The notes: generated from the letters alone by a model not told the origin. Positions 13,966 through 26,654 are shown, counted from the stretch's first letter. The stretch is 64,000 nucleotides of DNA from Bispira polyomma (GCA_965649765.1 OZ287752.1:51088001-51152000), one strand, 5' to 3'. Numbers and translations: made by a program.

Positions 13966-16900
13966 GTAAGGCATGCTTTGTTTTCTACTGTATAAGTTGT
14001 ATGTTATTTCGTTTCTATATGTCTTCGTTTCAATTGTTTCTATATGACAATTGTTAAATAAATAAATTTTGTATTCAGTGTTTTGCTATCACATCTATGT
14101 AGTTTACTGATACTAGATATAACTGATCCAGTTTTGTTAACATGTCGATTACATAATCTTTGCACTCTGAATTTTCTAACTGAAATGATATTCAATCCTA
14201 TTTGCCAACCATGAAGATTGTGTGTTTGGCCGCCTCCGTTGGTTTGTTAACATGATTAAGGGGCAAATATACCTGTCCGATTTTGTTTCCACATCCGTTA
14301 TCAGACGTAGGTTTTTTTGTTTGTTAGCCGGATTACAATGCTGAACTGATTTATAAGAAATTTGGTACCGATGGGGCATGGGCAATATATGGTGGCCCTC
14401 TGTAAATGGGTCCTATCCCTAGTGCCAGACTAAAGAGGCGAATATACCTGGCCGATTCTGCTTCAGAATCCGAATCCAACGTCTGTTTCTGTCATCTGAA
14501 AACAATTGAAATATAATGAAATAAAGAAGTAGCCTACACTTGGCCGATGGCACCTCCGAATCGAGAGGGGAACTTTTTCGGATGACGGACGGAAATGTGA
14601 TGTAAATTTGGGTGATGGAAATAGACGTCGAATGACGGATTCGGAAGTAAAATCGACTAGGTATATTCGCCCCTTTAAACAACCTTGAGGACTGTAATGA
14701 ATGGTCATCGCCAAACCCCTCTTTTTCTCTTCAGTTATCAGAATACCAGTTGCATGTGCCTTTACTTAGGGGGCAGTCAGAAAAGTTTAATTAGTACTCT
14801 GAATAAGAAATAATGGTATATTATGCGTGATGACTGGTGCTTTCAGTCATTACGCATTATGATTGGTTTCACAGATTGACTGTAACATATGTATATATAT
14901 ATATATATGCACTGGGTAGGGATATTTTAATATATTATGATCAGTTGTGTCATTGTTGTAGGGTGACCAACAACTTACAGACGAACAGATTGAAGGTAAG
15001 TTTCGTAGAATCAGGGCTGGTATTCACAAATATTGTTACTCTTAAAGTTTTGTATCAAGAAATTTGATTGGTTGGGCAAAATGTATATTTCAATATGATT
15101 GGCTGAAACTAAGGAAATTCTCTCTCTAAGAATGACAGTCTAAGACTGTTTGTAATTATAGCCCCTGGTCTACAAAGACACATTTGTCAGAATAAATTTG
15201 AAAAGCCTAAAAGTATTAACTATGGCTGATAGAATTATATTTGAAAGCCTAACTTTGTATGTGAATACAATATTTATAGTCTTGTTGAGAAGGTTTACAC
15301 ATAAACTTAGACATACTGTAAGGTTATTCTGTGTATTCATTTCGTTAAAATCTATACTCTATAAGGTCCCTTTTCACATAGACGAATTGGCTTGGCGACA
15401 ACACGTGAAATTAAATATTTTGCTATGGCCAAGCTTTTCCCCCAAAAATATTGTTTTTTTTAATGGTTTATACTGTCGGAAACCATGTTTGAACTATAAT
15501 TTAATTTCTCCATCTGATTTTGCAGTTGATTGTTGATTATCAGACCTTTTTTCAGAACGACACTAGAATATTATAAGTCAAATGTTGTTTACAAATACTG
15601 TTCAGACCAGTTTACTGTTGTATTTAAGTTATTATTTTTTTTGGTATATCTATTGTGCACAGTCCCAAGCAGTGACACTGAAATTTGATCTTACTCTTAA
15701 CACACCAATAAACTTACTCACATTACTCAATTAGACCCACAATACAAACCAAGTAAGACGTACAGGAATAGAAAGTAGTACACAAACAGAAATAAACCAA
15801 CGTCTACAATATGCTACTTAAAATTTATGAAATAATTTGACAAATTCCCATATAATTGAATTATTGGTAGGTACCACACATTGAAATTGATCTTTATATT
15901 ATCAGTATGTCAGGGAATTATTAAATTTGTCAGCTAAAAATAATTTGTTTTTATCATTGTGGGTATATGCATTATTGGTCCCATATGTAAGAACTAAGAA
16001 CTATAACAAATAAATACCACAGTACATCTGCATATAACCATTGAAAATAGATGTTACAGTAAGTATGCATAATCAGTAAATACGTGAACTTACTGATTTA
16101 TCCAGTAAAAAATCGTATTTACTTAAATTAGGTCTCCATTATTTCACATGTTTACTGGTTGTCATTTCAGTAAACATTTGTAATATGAAAATTTTATTTG
16201 TTTAATTAAATGTTGAAATTAATTTGTTAAATTTAGATTAAAAGATAAATATCAAGATTTGGTAATTTCAGTGTTTCTCATGCATATGATGTACGTGTAG
16301 TATTTTTGGTGGTTTGTGTTCTACCAGTTATTAATGTATTTTTTAGGTCACTTTAAAGCACACTACATCATATGTATTTTGTACAGTTCTGTCTATTTTC
16401 ACAAGTGTAGTCATTTATTTTGGATTTCCCTGTTGGTTTCCCTATAGTACATAAATTATGCAGTGAAATTTCAAAACAAAAATGGGTATTACTGGATATC
16501 TAGTATATAATATTTATCTTTAAGGTTAAAGTTATGACAACTTCTTTATTAAATTCCTAATAATCATGATGACAAATGTAGTAGCTAAAAATACATAATG
16601 AACTTACCATAATAGCCATTTATACATGAACATATTTTCTGCAATAATCTAATTAATTAATGGTATTATTTATTATCTGAGTTGAATATACCACATTACA
16701 TGTAATGTAAAAGAAAATGTCATTGAAATTAACAAATCTATTTCAAAAGTCATTTTTAAAAGTCAAATTTTGAAAAAAATTGTAACATTATTAATGGTGT
16801 GATAAATAAAGATGGACTCATTAATAACTTGTAAAATCACCACCATCATATAATGATACATCATATGGATACAAACCACTTAATGTAACTAGTTAATCAT

Positions 16901-19900
16901 CACTTGAAGAAAAAGAAGAAAATTCAGTAAATACGTGAACTTACTGGAGTTAAATAGCAGTAAATTTACTGAAATTTTTAGGGATTACGCATATTTACTG
17001 ACCAAATCAGTAAGTCTGCGTATTTACTGAAATGTTTAGTAAGAACAAATATTTACTGCTTCACATATTTACTGTAACATATACATTAATGTACATATAC
17101 CAAGATGTTTCTTAAAATGACCAAGATGAATTGTAAAATACGTCACCTAGAAAACATAAGTGTCAATAAAAAGGTTATGTTATTTATACCAACCATTTCT
17201 TATACAGAGCTCAAAGAGGCCTTCTCCCTGTTTGACAAAGACGGTGATGGAACCATCACCACCAAAGAGCTGGGTACAGTGATGAGATCACTTGGTCAGA
17301 ATCCCACAGAACAGGAGCTAGAAGACATGGTGACTGAAGTAGATGTTGATGGTAAGCAGGTTCTTGGTTTTTGGCCTTTGTTTGACCTCTGGTAAGGTCA
17401 CTTCTTCAGAACCACAATTAAAGGACATGGCGGCTGAAGTGGATGTTGATAATAAGCAGGTTCATTGTTGTTAAGATTAGTTTGACCTCTGATAAGGTCA
17501 CTTGGTTGGAACCAGTTAAAAGACATTGTCACTGAATTCGATGTCAATAGTAAAATTCTTAACCCCTTTGACCTCTGATAAGTTCAGTTCGTCAGAACCG
17601 CTGTTAGAAGACATGGTGGTTGAAGTGAATGTTGATGGTAAACAAATTTTTTTTATTATAACCTTTGTTAAACCTTTGTTTGGCCCTGTGGTGATGTCGT
17701 TTGCCTAGTAGATAATTTATAATCACAGCAGATGAAAAACTATTGAACAATAATTCAAGTTTTCACATATTATGTTAATTACCAAGTTTGTCAACGTTTG
17801 GTAATTCAACATAATTGTGTAAGACAAGTTATAACTAAATGCATATACATGTAAATCTAAGGAATAGTTGCAGAATACACAAAAATATTCAGGTCTACTC
17901 TTTGACATGTGCCATTATGCTGAGAAAATAAAAGCACAAACCTATTTTACATGGCTTTAGTGAGCTCAATAAATATCATTAGTATGGAGATGAGAATCAG
18001 TGTAAAGAAGAGATTGTGTAAAGGTTTGTGGTCCTCAGGATCAAAGGCCTGTAAGGGTGGAGTTTTGATAGTCCTTTGCCAACAAAGAGATGAATTGATT
18101 GAATATATATGACTATGTCAACGTGAAAGATATCATTGAAAGGTAGACAATAAATGCAAGCAGGAAAAATGATTGATAATGGTAATATGTAAATTTGTTA
18201 ATGTACAAGAGAACACCTTTAAGCATATCAATATAATGGGCCGACCCATAATAAATACCATTAATAAGGCTGATATATGGCCAACACAAGAGCTTTTTTG
18301 TTTTAATCATTTTTTTGTGGGTTTGTTTTACATTTTATCCATGCTTTAAATTAATTGTGCTGGCTTATAATATACATTACTTTATATTACAGAAGCCCAT
18401 TTAGGACATGGTAGGAAAAAAAATTGGACAATTTATATATTGCTAAATCGCCGGGGCGATTTACAAACCGCCTGGGCAATTTACAAATCACCCGGGCAAT
18501 TTACAAATATATGTATACTGCTAAATTCCCTGGGCGGTTTCTAAATCGCCCGGGCGATTTAGCAGTATATACATATTTTGTAAATTGCTCGGCCGGTTTG
18601 TAAATTGCCTGGGTGGTTTGTAAATTGCCCAGGCACTTTGTAAATCACCCAAGCGATTTAGCAATATATAAATTGTTTAGATTTTTTTCTACCATGTCCT
18701 AAATGGGCTTCCGTATTATATCATCATATATTCAGGAATATTTATAAACTAAGATGAAAACACAAGATGTGGATTGAAATGGCCAGTTTATTCAACTCAC
18801 AAAAAATGTATAAATTAAACCAAGCATACAATATCTTTACAATTTGATTACATAACACTAATGACTTATATATACATTATTTATTTACAGAAATGTGGTG
18901 AGGACAATCTATTATATATGGTATTATTAGATCTAGACTGAAAACAAATGGTACAAATGAATACATTAAGCCTAGGCTTCTTTTCAGCATGTTTTTCTCG
19001 ACCGACGTCTGTAAACATCAGCCGATGTGGGCCGATTTTATCGGTCATTATTTAATATTAACAACGGCTTCCTTACAACATATTTCCCTCAGATCAGACG
19101 TCATCAGACGTCATCCCCAATCATATTTTATCATTCAGGGAGCGATACAATCGGTAGGTCTGTCCTATTTTTTAATAAAAATGAAGAAAAAAACATATTG
19201 GATGAAAGAAAGTGCTACATTGGCTGATGGCCAGATGTTTTTGTTCCCTGACTGATAAATTCTGATGGGTATACAGACGTCTACCCACGTCTGATCTGAT
19301 CTGCTGCAAATATGTTGAATGGAAGCACTTCGTAGTATTAAGTCATGACTGATAATATCGGCCAACGTCGTCCGAGAAAAACATGCTGAAAGGAAGCATA
19401 GGCCCAGAATACCAAACAATATTATTTTTGACAATAGTTCTTTGTAGAAGAATTAACTTCAATATCAATGCGCAAATAATGTCATCATCTGTTGAATATT
19501 CTTTTAACTCCTCCCATGTGAGTAACACTGTTTAATTTATTATTCCAGTGGTATTTGTCACCTTTGCTGTATTAGTCATTCATGGATTGGCTGGGAGCAA
19601 TCAACCCGTTCAAACTGAGAGGTGTCTAATGAGATTAATATTTGTTGCATATCAACGTTACTATACTTAACACTGTGAGACTGTGTCTTTTTTAAAGACA
19701 ACTCTTGTTTAAATATTTATCACTGTAATTTGACTGCATACAAAATTGGGACGGTTTATATTATATTTTTATTCAGGATTTTTTTTTCAATGTAAATATA
19801 TAAACATCACTTTATATTCTATTAATGAACAATTAAACAGGAAACAAAGGTTTCTCCTTTGCCACTAGAAAACCCCACACACATTATTACCTCCACAAGG

Positions 19901-21812
19901 TGGTTATGTTTAGTGTTCGTTTGTTGGTTAGTAGGATTATGGAAAGCTACTGAAATTATTTTAAACGCACTTGCTAGAGGGCTAGGGCATGGGCCAAGAT
20001 AGAAATAATAAAATTTTAGTGGACCGCGTACCTCTGCCAATGGGCCACAGGTCTAAAAAATGAAAAACATTTCGGGATCCGCACTTTTACCCGGCCTCAT
20101 TATAAAAATATAGTGGATGTTTTTTAGGCCCATGCACACATTTTTTTAGGGGCAAGATGTGAACACCTGTTGGGGTATGCTGTAGTAGGACAAAGGACAT
20201 ATGCAACATGAACTAATACCAGTTTTGTTTTGTTCTTTAAAAGGAAACAATGAAATCGATTTTGATGAGTTTCTCGTCATGATGGCGAAGAAAATCCATT
20301 CCTTAAGTGGCGAAGAGGAAATCAAGGAAGCATTTAAAGGTATGCTCACTTTGTAAAGTAAACTTTAATACTCATCATAAAATACATCCAGTTTATTTAA
20401 AGAATAACGCTTGACAAACCTTGTCTTGGTGCTTTTACATCTCCAATTGCGGTGAAATTTCCATGTATCCCTGGTTTGGAATGGGTTATTGGATTATAAA
20501 TCAATGTACCTTTTGATCTTTTAATAAAAGTGTCCCCTTTTTAAAAGAATGCCCTAGGGGACATCGGTGGCACAGTGCTAACACACTCGGTTCTTACCTC
20601 TATCGTCCCAAGAACGGGGCATTAAGTAGAAAAATTGCAGTGACTGAAGATGGTCACTGGTTCCAGTGTAGAATCTTGACCAACTAGAAAACATTGGTTT
20701 CCTTCTGCACTGAAACTGCCCATCGTCAATGTGTTAAAAGCGACGTTTAAACCAAGTAATTTTAGATCAAAAGAATGCCTTAATAATATTATTTTATAAT
20801 ATTCTAATACTGTTGTTTTAACTGATATACACTTTACATAATGGTGTGACATCACAGGTAAAAAAAAACATATTATAAGCTGACACATAACATCATATAG
20901 ATCATGCATTGCAAACTTTGCAAGCTCCATCACATGTTTTGTAGTGTTTGATCCGGAGAATAAGGGCTATATTGAATCCAATGCTCTGCGTCTTATTATG
21001 ATGACAAGAGGAGAGATAATGTCACAGGAAGAGGCAGATGAAATGATCCAAGAGGCAGACCAAGATGGAGATGGACATATAGACTATTATGGTATGGATT
21101 TGTCTACTTTATCTGTCTGGCTTTTTACAAATATTTTTTGGGTGATAGGTTATTCTGGTATGGATCTATCAGCTTTAACTCGCTGGCTTATTACAGATAT
21201 CATTTACTGATAGAGACTATGCCAGTATGGATCGCTCGGCTTTATCTGTTGAGCTGTCAATTTGATATATCTGGGGCCTTATTCACAAAAGCTCTTAGTT
21301 TTAACTATTTTTAAGTCTTAAGCTTAACAATTAAGCCTGAAATATTTAATACTGTCTTCTGTTTGTCCTAGTGTTAATAGCAAAGGTAACACTAACCAAA
21401 TATCTTCTCTTACTGTCACTTTTCGGCCAAAATCAAAAATCCAAATATTAAGACTAATTTAAGACTAAGACCTTTTGTGAATACGGCCTCAGATTTTTTT
21501 TACATATTTTCTTTGGAGGGGCGGTGGGGTCCATTTAGTTCTGTTCATACAATACCTTTGTGTTTCCTACAAACATGCACTTTTAGAATACAAAACAAGC
21601 AATGTGCATCACTTGGTGATAACAAAAATCATTTTTTCTTAGTACAGTACACTTTTAGGGTGTACAGCATGCTCTCATTATCCCATTAGTACATACATAT
21701 TTTTATATATAAGTGACAACAATATAAGGTTTCTCAGTGATAACAGATATATTGCTTTTTCCTTGTTTTTTTTTCAGAATTTGCTGCTATGATTATTAAT
21801 GACAACATATGA
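13963..21812 (+). CDS. Calmodulin-like EF-hand protein G2 (152 aa, 6 coding exons), closest to canonical calmodulin in the N-lobe
   Basis: ATG-only exon most likely 13963-13965 (ATG|gtaagg; alternative 14813-14815 ATG|gtatat), then 14962-14995, 17208-17351, 20244-20339, 20945-21091, 21778-21812. Translation: [152 protein letters not shown]. Confidence 0.9.
14431..14677. mobile_element. MITE with ~50-bp TIRs and TAA/TTA flanks (Harbinger-like)
   Basis: taaagaggcgaatatacctggccgattctgcttcagaatccg matches the reverse complement of cggattcggaagtaaaatcgactaggtatattcgccccttta. A further partial TIR lies at ~14257. Confidence 0.75.
15012..15167. mobile_element. Short MITE, GGGCTGGTATTCACAAA TIR family
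   Basis: cagggctggtattcacaaa ... tttgtaattatagcccctg, starting 17 bp into G2 intron 2. Confidence 0.6.
16051..17080. mobile_element. ~1-kb non-autonomous DNA transposon with repeated subterminal CAGTAAAT motifs
   Basis: atgttacagtaagtatgcataatcagtaaatacgtgaacttactg ... tatttactgcttcacatatttactgtaacat form inverted ends. Confidence 0.6.
17307..17645 (+). repeat. Tandem ~85-100 bp repeats (4 copies) of the G2 exon-3 3' end plus splice donor
   Basis: Unit cagaac...aagacatgg(t/c)g.ctgaagt.gatgttgat(g)gtaagcagg...tttgacctctg.taaggtcactt recurs at ~17307, ~17407, ~17508 and ~17593. Confidence 0.8.
18390..18713. mobile_element. Hairpin MITE with TA target duplication (Tc1/mariner-type) and internal 21-bp palindromic repeats
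   Basis: ta|cagaagcccatttaggacatggtag ... ctaccatgtcctaaatgggcttccg|ta. Internal AAATCGCCCGGGCGATTT-like units. Confidence 0.85.
18970..19403. mobile_element. MITE with long (~150 bp) imperfect TIRs
   Basis: gcctaggcttcttttcagcatgtttttctcg ... cgagaaaaacatgctgaaaggaagcataggc. Inner arms ggccgattttatcggtcat / atgactgataatatcggcc. Confidence 0.8.
20470..20755 (+). mobile_element. tRNA-SINE (family B) with upstream flank also present at ~22070-22370
   Basis: ggtggcacagtgctaacacactcg head; gatggtcactgg...cagtgtagaatcttgaccaacta...ggtttcc...gcactgaaactgcc body. Confidence 0.65.
21079..21250 (+). repeat. Tandem ~66-bp repeats (3 copies) spanning the G2 exon-5 donor
   Basis: atag...tat..tggtatggat.t.tc.(a/g)cttta.ct...tggctt.ttaca.atat at 21079, 21145 and ~21210. 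Confidence 0.7.
21271..21492. mobile_element. MITE, GGGCC(G/T)TATTCACAAAA TIR family
   Basis: ctggggccttattcacaaaag ... ccttttgtgaatacggcctcag. Confidence 0.75.
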
Positions 21813-21997
21813 TGATACACATTTTCAAGACTGTGATTGACAATAAGTAAGCCCTGAAAGGCTAACAGACTGTGATCAATCAACCTGCAGATGACATCAT
21901 ATTTTATTATTATTATAACTTGTATAAAAAAATTGTCAAAATATACCTGTTTAACTAGGATGCAGTAGAAGTAAATACTGTCCGCCTTAGAGACAAC

Positions 21998-22372
21998 GGG
22001 AGCCTTCGTGGCTCAGTGCTAACATACTCGCCTCCCACCTCCTGGTTCCTGGTTTGAATCTAGGCTGAGGGCTTGGAATGGGTTATTCTGATTATTTAAA
22101 AAGTATTAATCAATGTTCCTTTCGAGAAAAGGTGTCCCCTTTTTAAAAGAATTCCATAGGGGCCCTTGGCATCCCACCACTATAACCTCGGTTTGAATAT
22201 CGGCTGGGACTTTAAGTGGGAAAATTTTGTATTTCCTTGCCGATGGTCACTGGTTTCCAGTGTAGAATCTTGACCAACTAAAAACTACTGGTTTCCTCCA
22301 GCACTAAAACTGCCGGTCTGTGATATTAACATTCACCTATTCAATGTGTTTTGAAAGCAACATTAAAACCCT
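21998..22372 (+). mobile_element. Dimeric or duplicated tRNA-SINE (family B)
   Basis: gggagccttcgtggctcagtgctaacatactcgcctcccac...ggtttgaatc (A/B boxes), a second head at ~22160, and a body matching 20640-20755. Confidence 0.65.
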
Positions 22373-24695
22373 AAACCTTAGGGCCATTGCCGAATAATGC
22401 CCTCTTGTAAGACATCTAGTTTGCTGGTTAAAAGAGCAAACAAAGTTTGACATGTGTTTATATGAGTACTTCATCATTATGAGCATGCAACACTATAGTA
22501 GATTACCAAGCCACTACCAGGTCCATAGCTTTGCATTTTTATTTTCCTACATTCAAAATGGCATTAGCAGTCATTGGCCTTGAAATAATATTTTGTTAGT
22601 TTTTTTATAAAACTGAGTTGTTGGTTTTTTTTTATAAAACTATTGTTTATTTGTATAGGTGTTCATGTTGATTTAATATAGTGTATATAGTATTATCACT
22701 ATCATCTATTATACTATTAAACAATGATAAAAGGAAAGATTTTTTTTTGTACTTTTAGTGTATTAGTCTACCCATATATCAGTTCTTTAAAAAGTTAGGC
22801 TGAACTATAACTCTGACCATAGTTTGCGAGCCCTACAAACCCCACCCGATAATAATAGGAACACCATGATTGTGTCAGGTTTTATAGACTTAAGAATTCC
22901 TCCATGAGTCACTATGAGCCCTTCGCCATTAACCCTTATAGATTTTGACCATTCCTCCATCAATACTTGAATGATGGAGAAATACTGGAAACCTGTACAA
23001 AAAGTTAAAGTAGCATCATCATATCGCACCAAATTTTACGTGAATCAGTTCAGTAGTAACCTTGGTGACAAACAAGCAAACTGATACGGGTGGAGACATA
23101 ACCTCTTTAGGGGCAACTACTGCAAATGGAGTCTGACATAATGATTGCTTTGACTTTAACATTTTTTTTATCTTGGTTCTTAAGAACCTATGTCTTTCAC
23201 CACAATATCTCACAGCTGAATTATAGACAAAAGATTTTACCGAAATCATACCAACCACAAGCCAAAGTGGTTCCTGACTGCCCTGATAATGCCAAGAAAT
23301 ACCAATAGCATATGCATAAGGTTGCCTTTATTTGTGAACCACCACAGGGTAATATATACAGTAGATACCTCTAGTATCTGAATATGTTGAGGGGCTAGGT
23401 AATTTCGTTCGGATAAAAGAATTTTTAATAAAATAGAAAGAAGCATTTTTAGAGGTAAAAATGTAAACATTTGTGAGCTGACACAGATCGGTTTGGAGAT
23501 TACAAAAATAAAAAGATCAATAATCTTTGTACGTTTAACGAAATTTCCAGGGAGTTTTTCCAGTCAGAATTTGTTTTAATTAGGAACATGCTCGGTTTTT
23601 TGGAAAAAGGATTACCCCTTTCCAAACAGGGAAGCCTATGTTTACAATGAATCATTGAGAATCCTATACAGCAGTTGAATAATTTTAAATATTCATGTTC
23701 AATCTGTGAAACAATACACAAGGTTATGATTGATGGACTTCTTTGAATAGCAGAACAATGTTTGTGTATAGAAGTTTTTTGTATAGTGCGAGATTAACCA
23801 ATTTTTTCATGAAAAAAATGCTGTAATATAAAATAATGTACACATAGTTGGCATTTACATATATGTTGCCGTTATGACGAGCATTTTGGTAAAACACTGT
23901 AAAGCTGTTATTTTTTGTGTATATGTATATACACATTGTTTCATTTTATTATTGCATATACATGTGTCATTCATGTTGAAATCCCATTATTGTATATCTT
24001 GTCTGTAGTTCTGATGGCATGAGTACCTTATCTGTGACCATTGACCTTGCTATGCATTTGACCTTGATGTCTAATTTGAGGTCAATGAAGTGAATGAGGA
24101 CACTGGTATTGGGCATAGTAATATGTATTCTGTTAGATAAACTACAGACTACATACAGACTAAAAGTTAATAAAATATTTTAAGGTTATCTTAATCTGAG
24201 GGTTGACTTAAGGTCCAACCCCAGATTAATCTGAGTAAAGTTAAGGTGGCCCTAAATATTTGTGGATTTGAGTATAAGTTTAAGCTTAACTTTAAGTGGT
24301 GATTTGTTTAATCATATTGACTAGACATTTAAAAAAACAAAACACCAAACATGACATAATAGTATCTCTTTTCTATATCTGTGATGGCATCTCGGGAGAA
24401 CCACTATCCCTTTAAAGTATCATTACTGCAGGAGAGAAAATTGCCTGCATATAATGCTTATGTTTGTGGCTTTGTGTACAGATTATAGTGTAGTGGCATG
24501 ATATGTTCTTACCCTACCGACAGAAATGGGTTTCAGTGTATTTTCCATACCCAAGATCAGCTGGGCTGGCATTTTCCATATCTGGAATAAATCTCAGGAA
24601 CCACTTGCTACAGAATGTCACATTTTGGTACGAATATTCATTTGAAGGTGTACTTTGTCTGAAATTCATTAGACGGTAGGGTTTTGTAACCCTGT

Positions 24696-24890
24696 AAGCT
24701 CTTAGTTTTAACTTAATGTTATGCTTAACATTTCAGTCTTTAATTTTGGCCCAAAAAAGGTTAAGATTTAGGGCTTAATCCTAGTGACAGTAAGTAATGA
24801 TATTTGGTTAGTGTTAACTTTGGTCCTAACACTAAGACTAAAAGTAGGCAGTAAGCTTAAGACTAAGATCTATTGTAAATATGGCCCCTG
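24696..24890. mobile_element. 5'-truncated MITE of the GGGCCATATT(C/T)ACAA family
   Basis: Right TIR ttgtaaatatggcccctg; body homologous (inverted) to 889-1119. Confidence 0.55.
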
Positions 24891-25484
24891 TCCAACTAAA
24901 TTCATGTAACTATTATCAGTGAAAGTTCATTTATCTTAGGGTGTATATATGTGAAATGATATAATTTTTTATCCATTTTGACTTTTCACCTTGGATTTTT
25001 AAGGAACTATATGTCAGCGTACGTTGATATTTGTAATAAATATTAGTTAAAGGAGGCAGATATGCAATACCATAATCTGATCCAATTTTGAAATTTGTGA
25101 CCTTGAAGTTGACCTAAACTTGACCTAAAATATTGTGCACTTTATCAAAGTAAACTACTTTCTATAGGTCATTCATATTAGTTCCACGTATGCACAGAGA
25201 AGTTCAGTTGTGCAATATCATGGTCGAGTTCCATATTTATATTTGACCTCGGAATTATGACCTTGACCTCCAAAAATCTTTTACACCTCAAATTGATTAC
25301 CAATTTGTCATTGGAAGTCATTTTATAGATTTCTTAAAGCGATTTGGACTGATTTAACAAAGATAAACCATTAAAAGATACCGGTGGTGCTGCCATTTGC
25401 TGCTGGCACCAGACTACTATTCTATATAATTTAAAGATTGATAGCATAAAGGAACAAAAAAAAAACAAGGGCATTACCAGCATC

Positions 25485-26545
25485 AAAGAGTACAATGAGT
25501 GGGCCTATTTAACAGAGCAATGAGAGGTCCTATCTAACAGTGCCATGAGATGGTCTATCTAACAGTGGCATGAGAGGGTCTATCTAACAGTGGCACGAGA
25601 TGGTCTATCTAACAGTGTCATGAGGGGGCCTATCTAACAGTGCAATGAGATGGTCTATCTAACAGTGCCATGAGGGGGCCTATCTAACAGTACCATCAGT
25701 GGGCCTATCTAACAGTGCAATGAGAGAACCTATCTAACAGTACCATCAGTGGGCCTATGTAACAGTGCAATGAGAGAACCTATCTAACAGTACCATCAGT
25801 GGGCCTATCTAACAGTGCAATGAGAAAACCTATCTAACAGTACCATCAGTGGGCCTATCTAACAGAGCAAGGAGAGGTCCTATCTAACAGTGCCATGAGT
25901 CGGCCTATCTAACAGTGCAATGAGAAAACCTATCTAACAGTACCATCAGTGGGCCTATCTAACAGAGCAATGAGAGGTCCTATCTAACAGTGCCATGAGT
26001 GGGCCTATCTAACAGCGCAATGAGAGGTCCTATCTAACAGTGCCATGAGTGGGCCTATCTAAAAGTGCAATGATAGGTCTTATCTAACAGTGCCATGAGT
26101 GGGCCTATCGAACAGTGCCATCAGTGGGCCTATCCAACAGTGTCATGAGTGGGCCTATCCAACAGTGCCATCAGTGGGCCTATCTAACAGTGCCATGAGA
26201 GGGGCTAACAGTGCCATGCGGAGGCCTAACAATATCATGAGGGGGCCTATCTAATAGTGCCATTAGGGGGCCTATGTAACAGTCCCATGATAGGGCCTAT
26301 CTTACAGTGCCATTAGTGGGCCTATCTAACAGTGCCATGAGAGGGACTATCTAACAGTGGCACGAGATGTTCTATCTAACAGTGTCATGAGGGGGCCTGT
26401 CTAACAGTGCCATGAGGGGGCCTATCTAACAGTGCCATGAGAGGGGCTAACAGTGCCATAAGGAGGCCTAACAATGGCATGAGGGGGCTTCTCTAATAGT
26501 GCCATTAGGGGGCCTATCTAATAATGCCATGAGGGGGCCCATCTT
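25485..26545. repeat. Minisatellite, 25-bp unit (GGGCCTATCTAACAGTGCCATGAGT), ~42 copies
   Basis: Directly visible tandem array with variant units. Confidence 0.95.
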
Positions 26546-26654
26546 TAGAGCAATATATTAAAGAGTCACATTTACAGTGGTGTGAAATTGAGTTAAGAGG
26601 TTACATCACCAGCGATGATTTATATCAATTATCTAAATGTGTTTATAGTAGAGC

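Noticed and set aside
17105-17395. Calling G2 canonical calmodulin (CALM)
   Set aside because: Only exon 3 is near-identical to CaM; EF3 and the C-terminus are far too divergent for the near-invariant metazoan CaM.
23000-25330. Possible Helentron-associated and TGACCTT-type interspersed repeats (also ~2660-2830, 43870-44060, 55680-55860)
   Set aside because: Motifs look familiar, but boundaries and class cannot be supported by eye.
25485-26545. CRISPR-like appearance of the regular repeat array
   Set aside because: Units are contiguous with no unique spacers, there are no cas genes, and the context is eukaryotic; it is a minisatellite.
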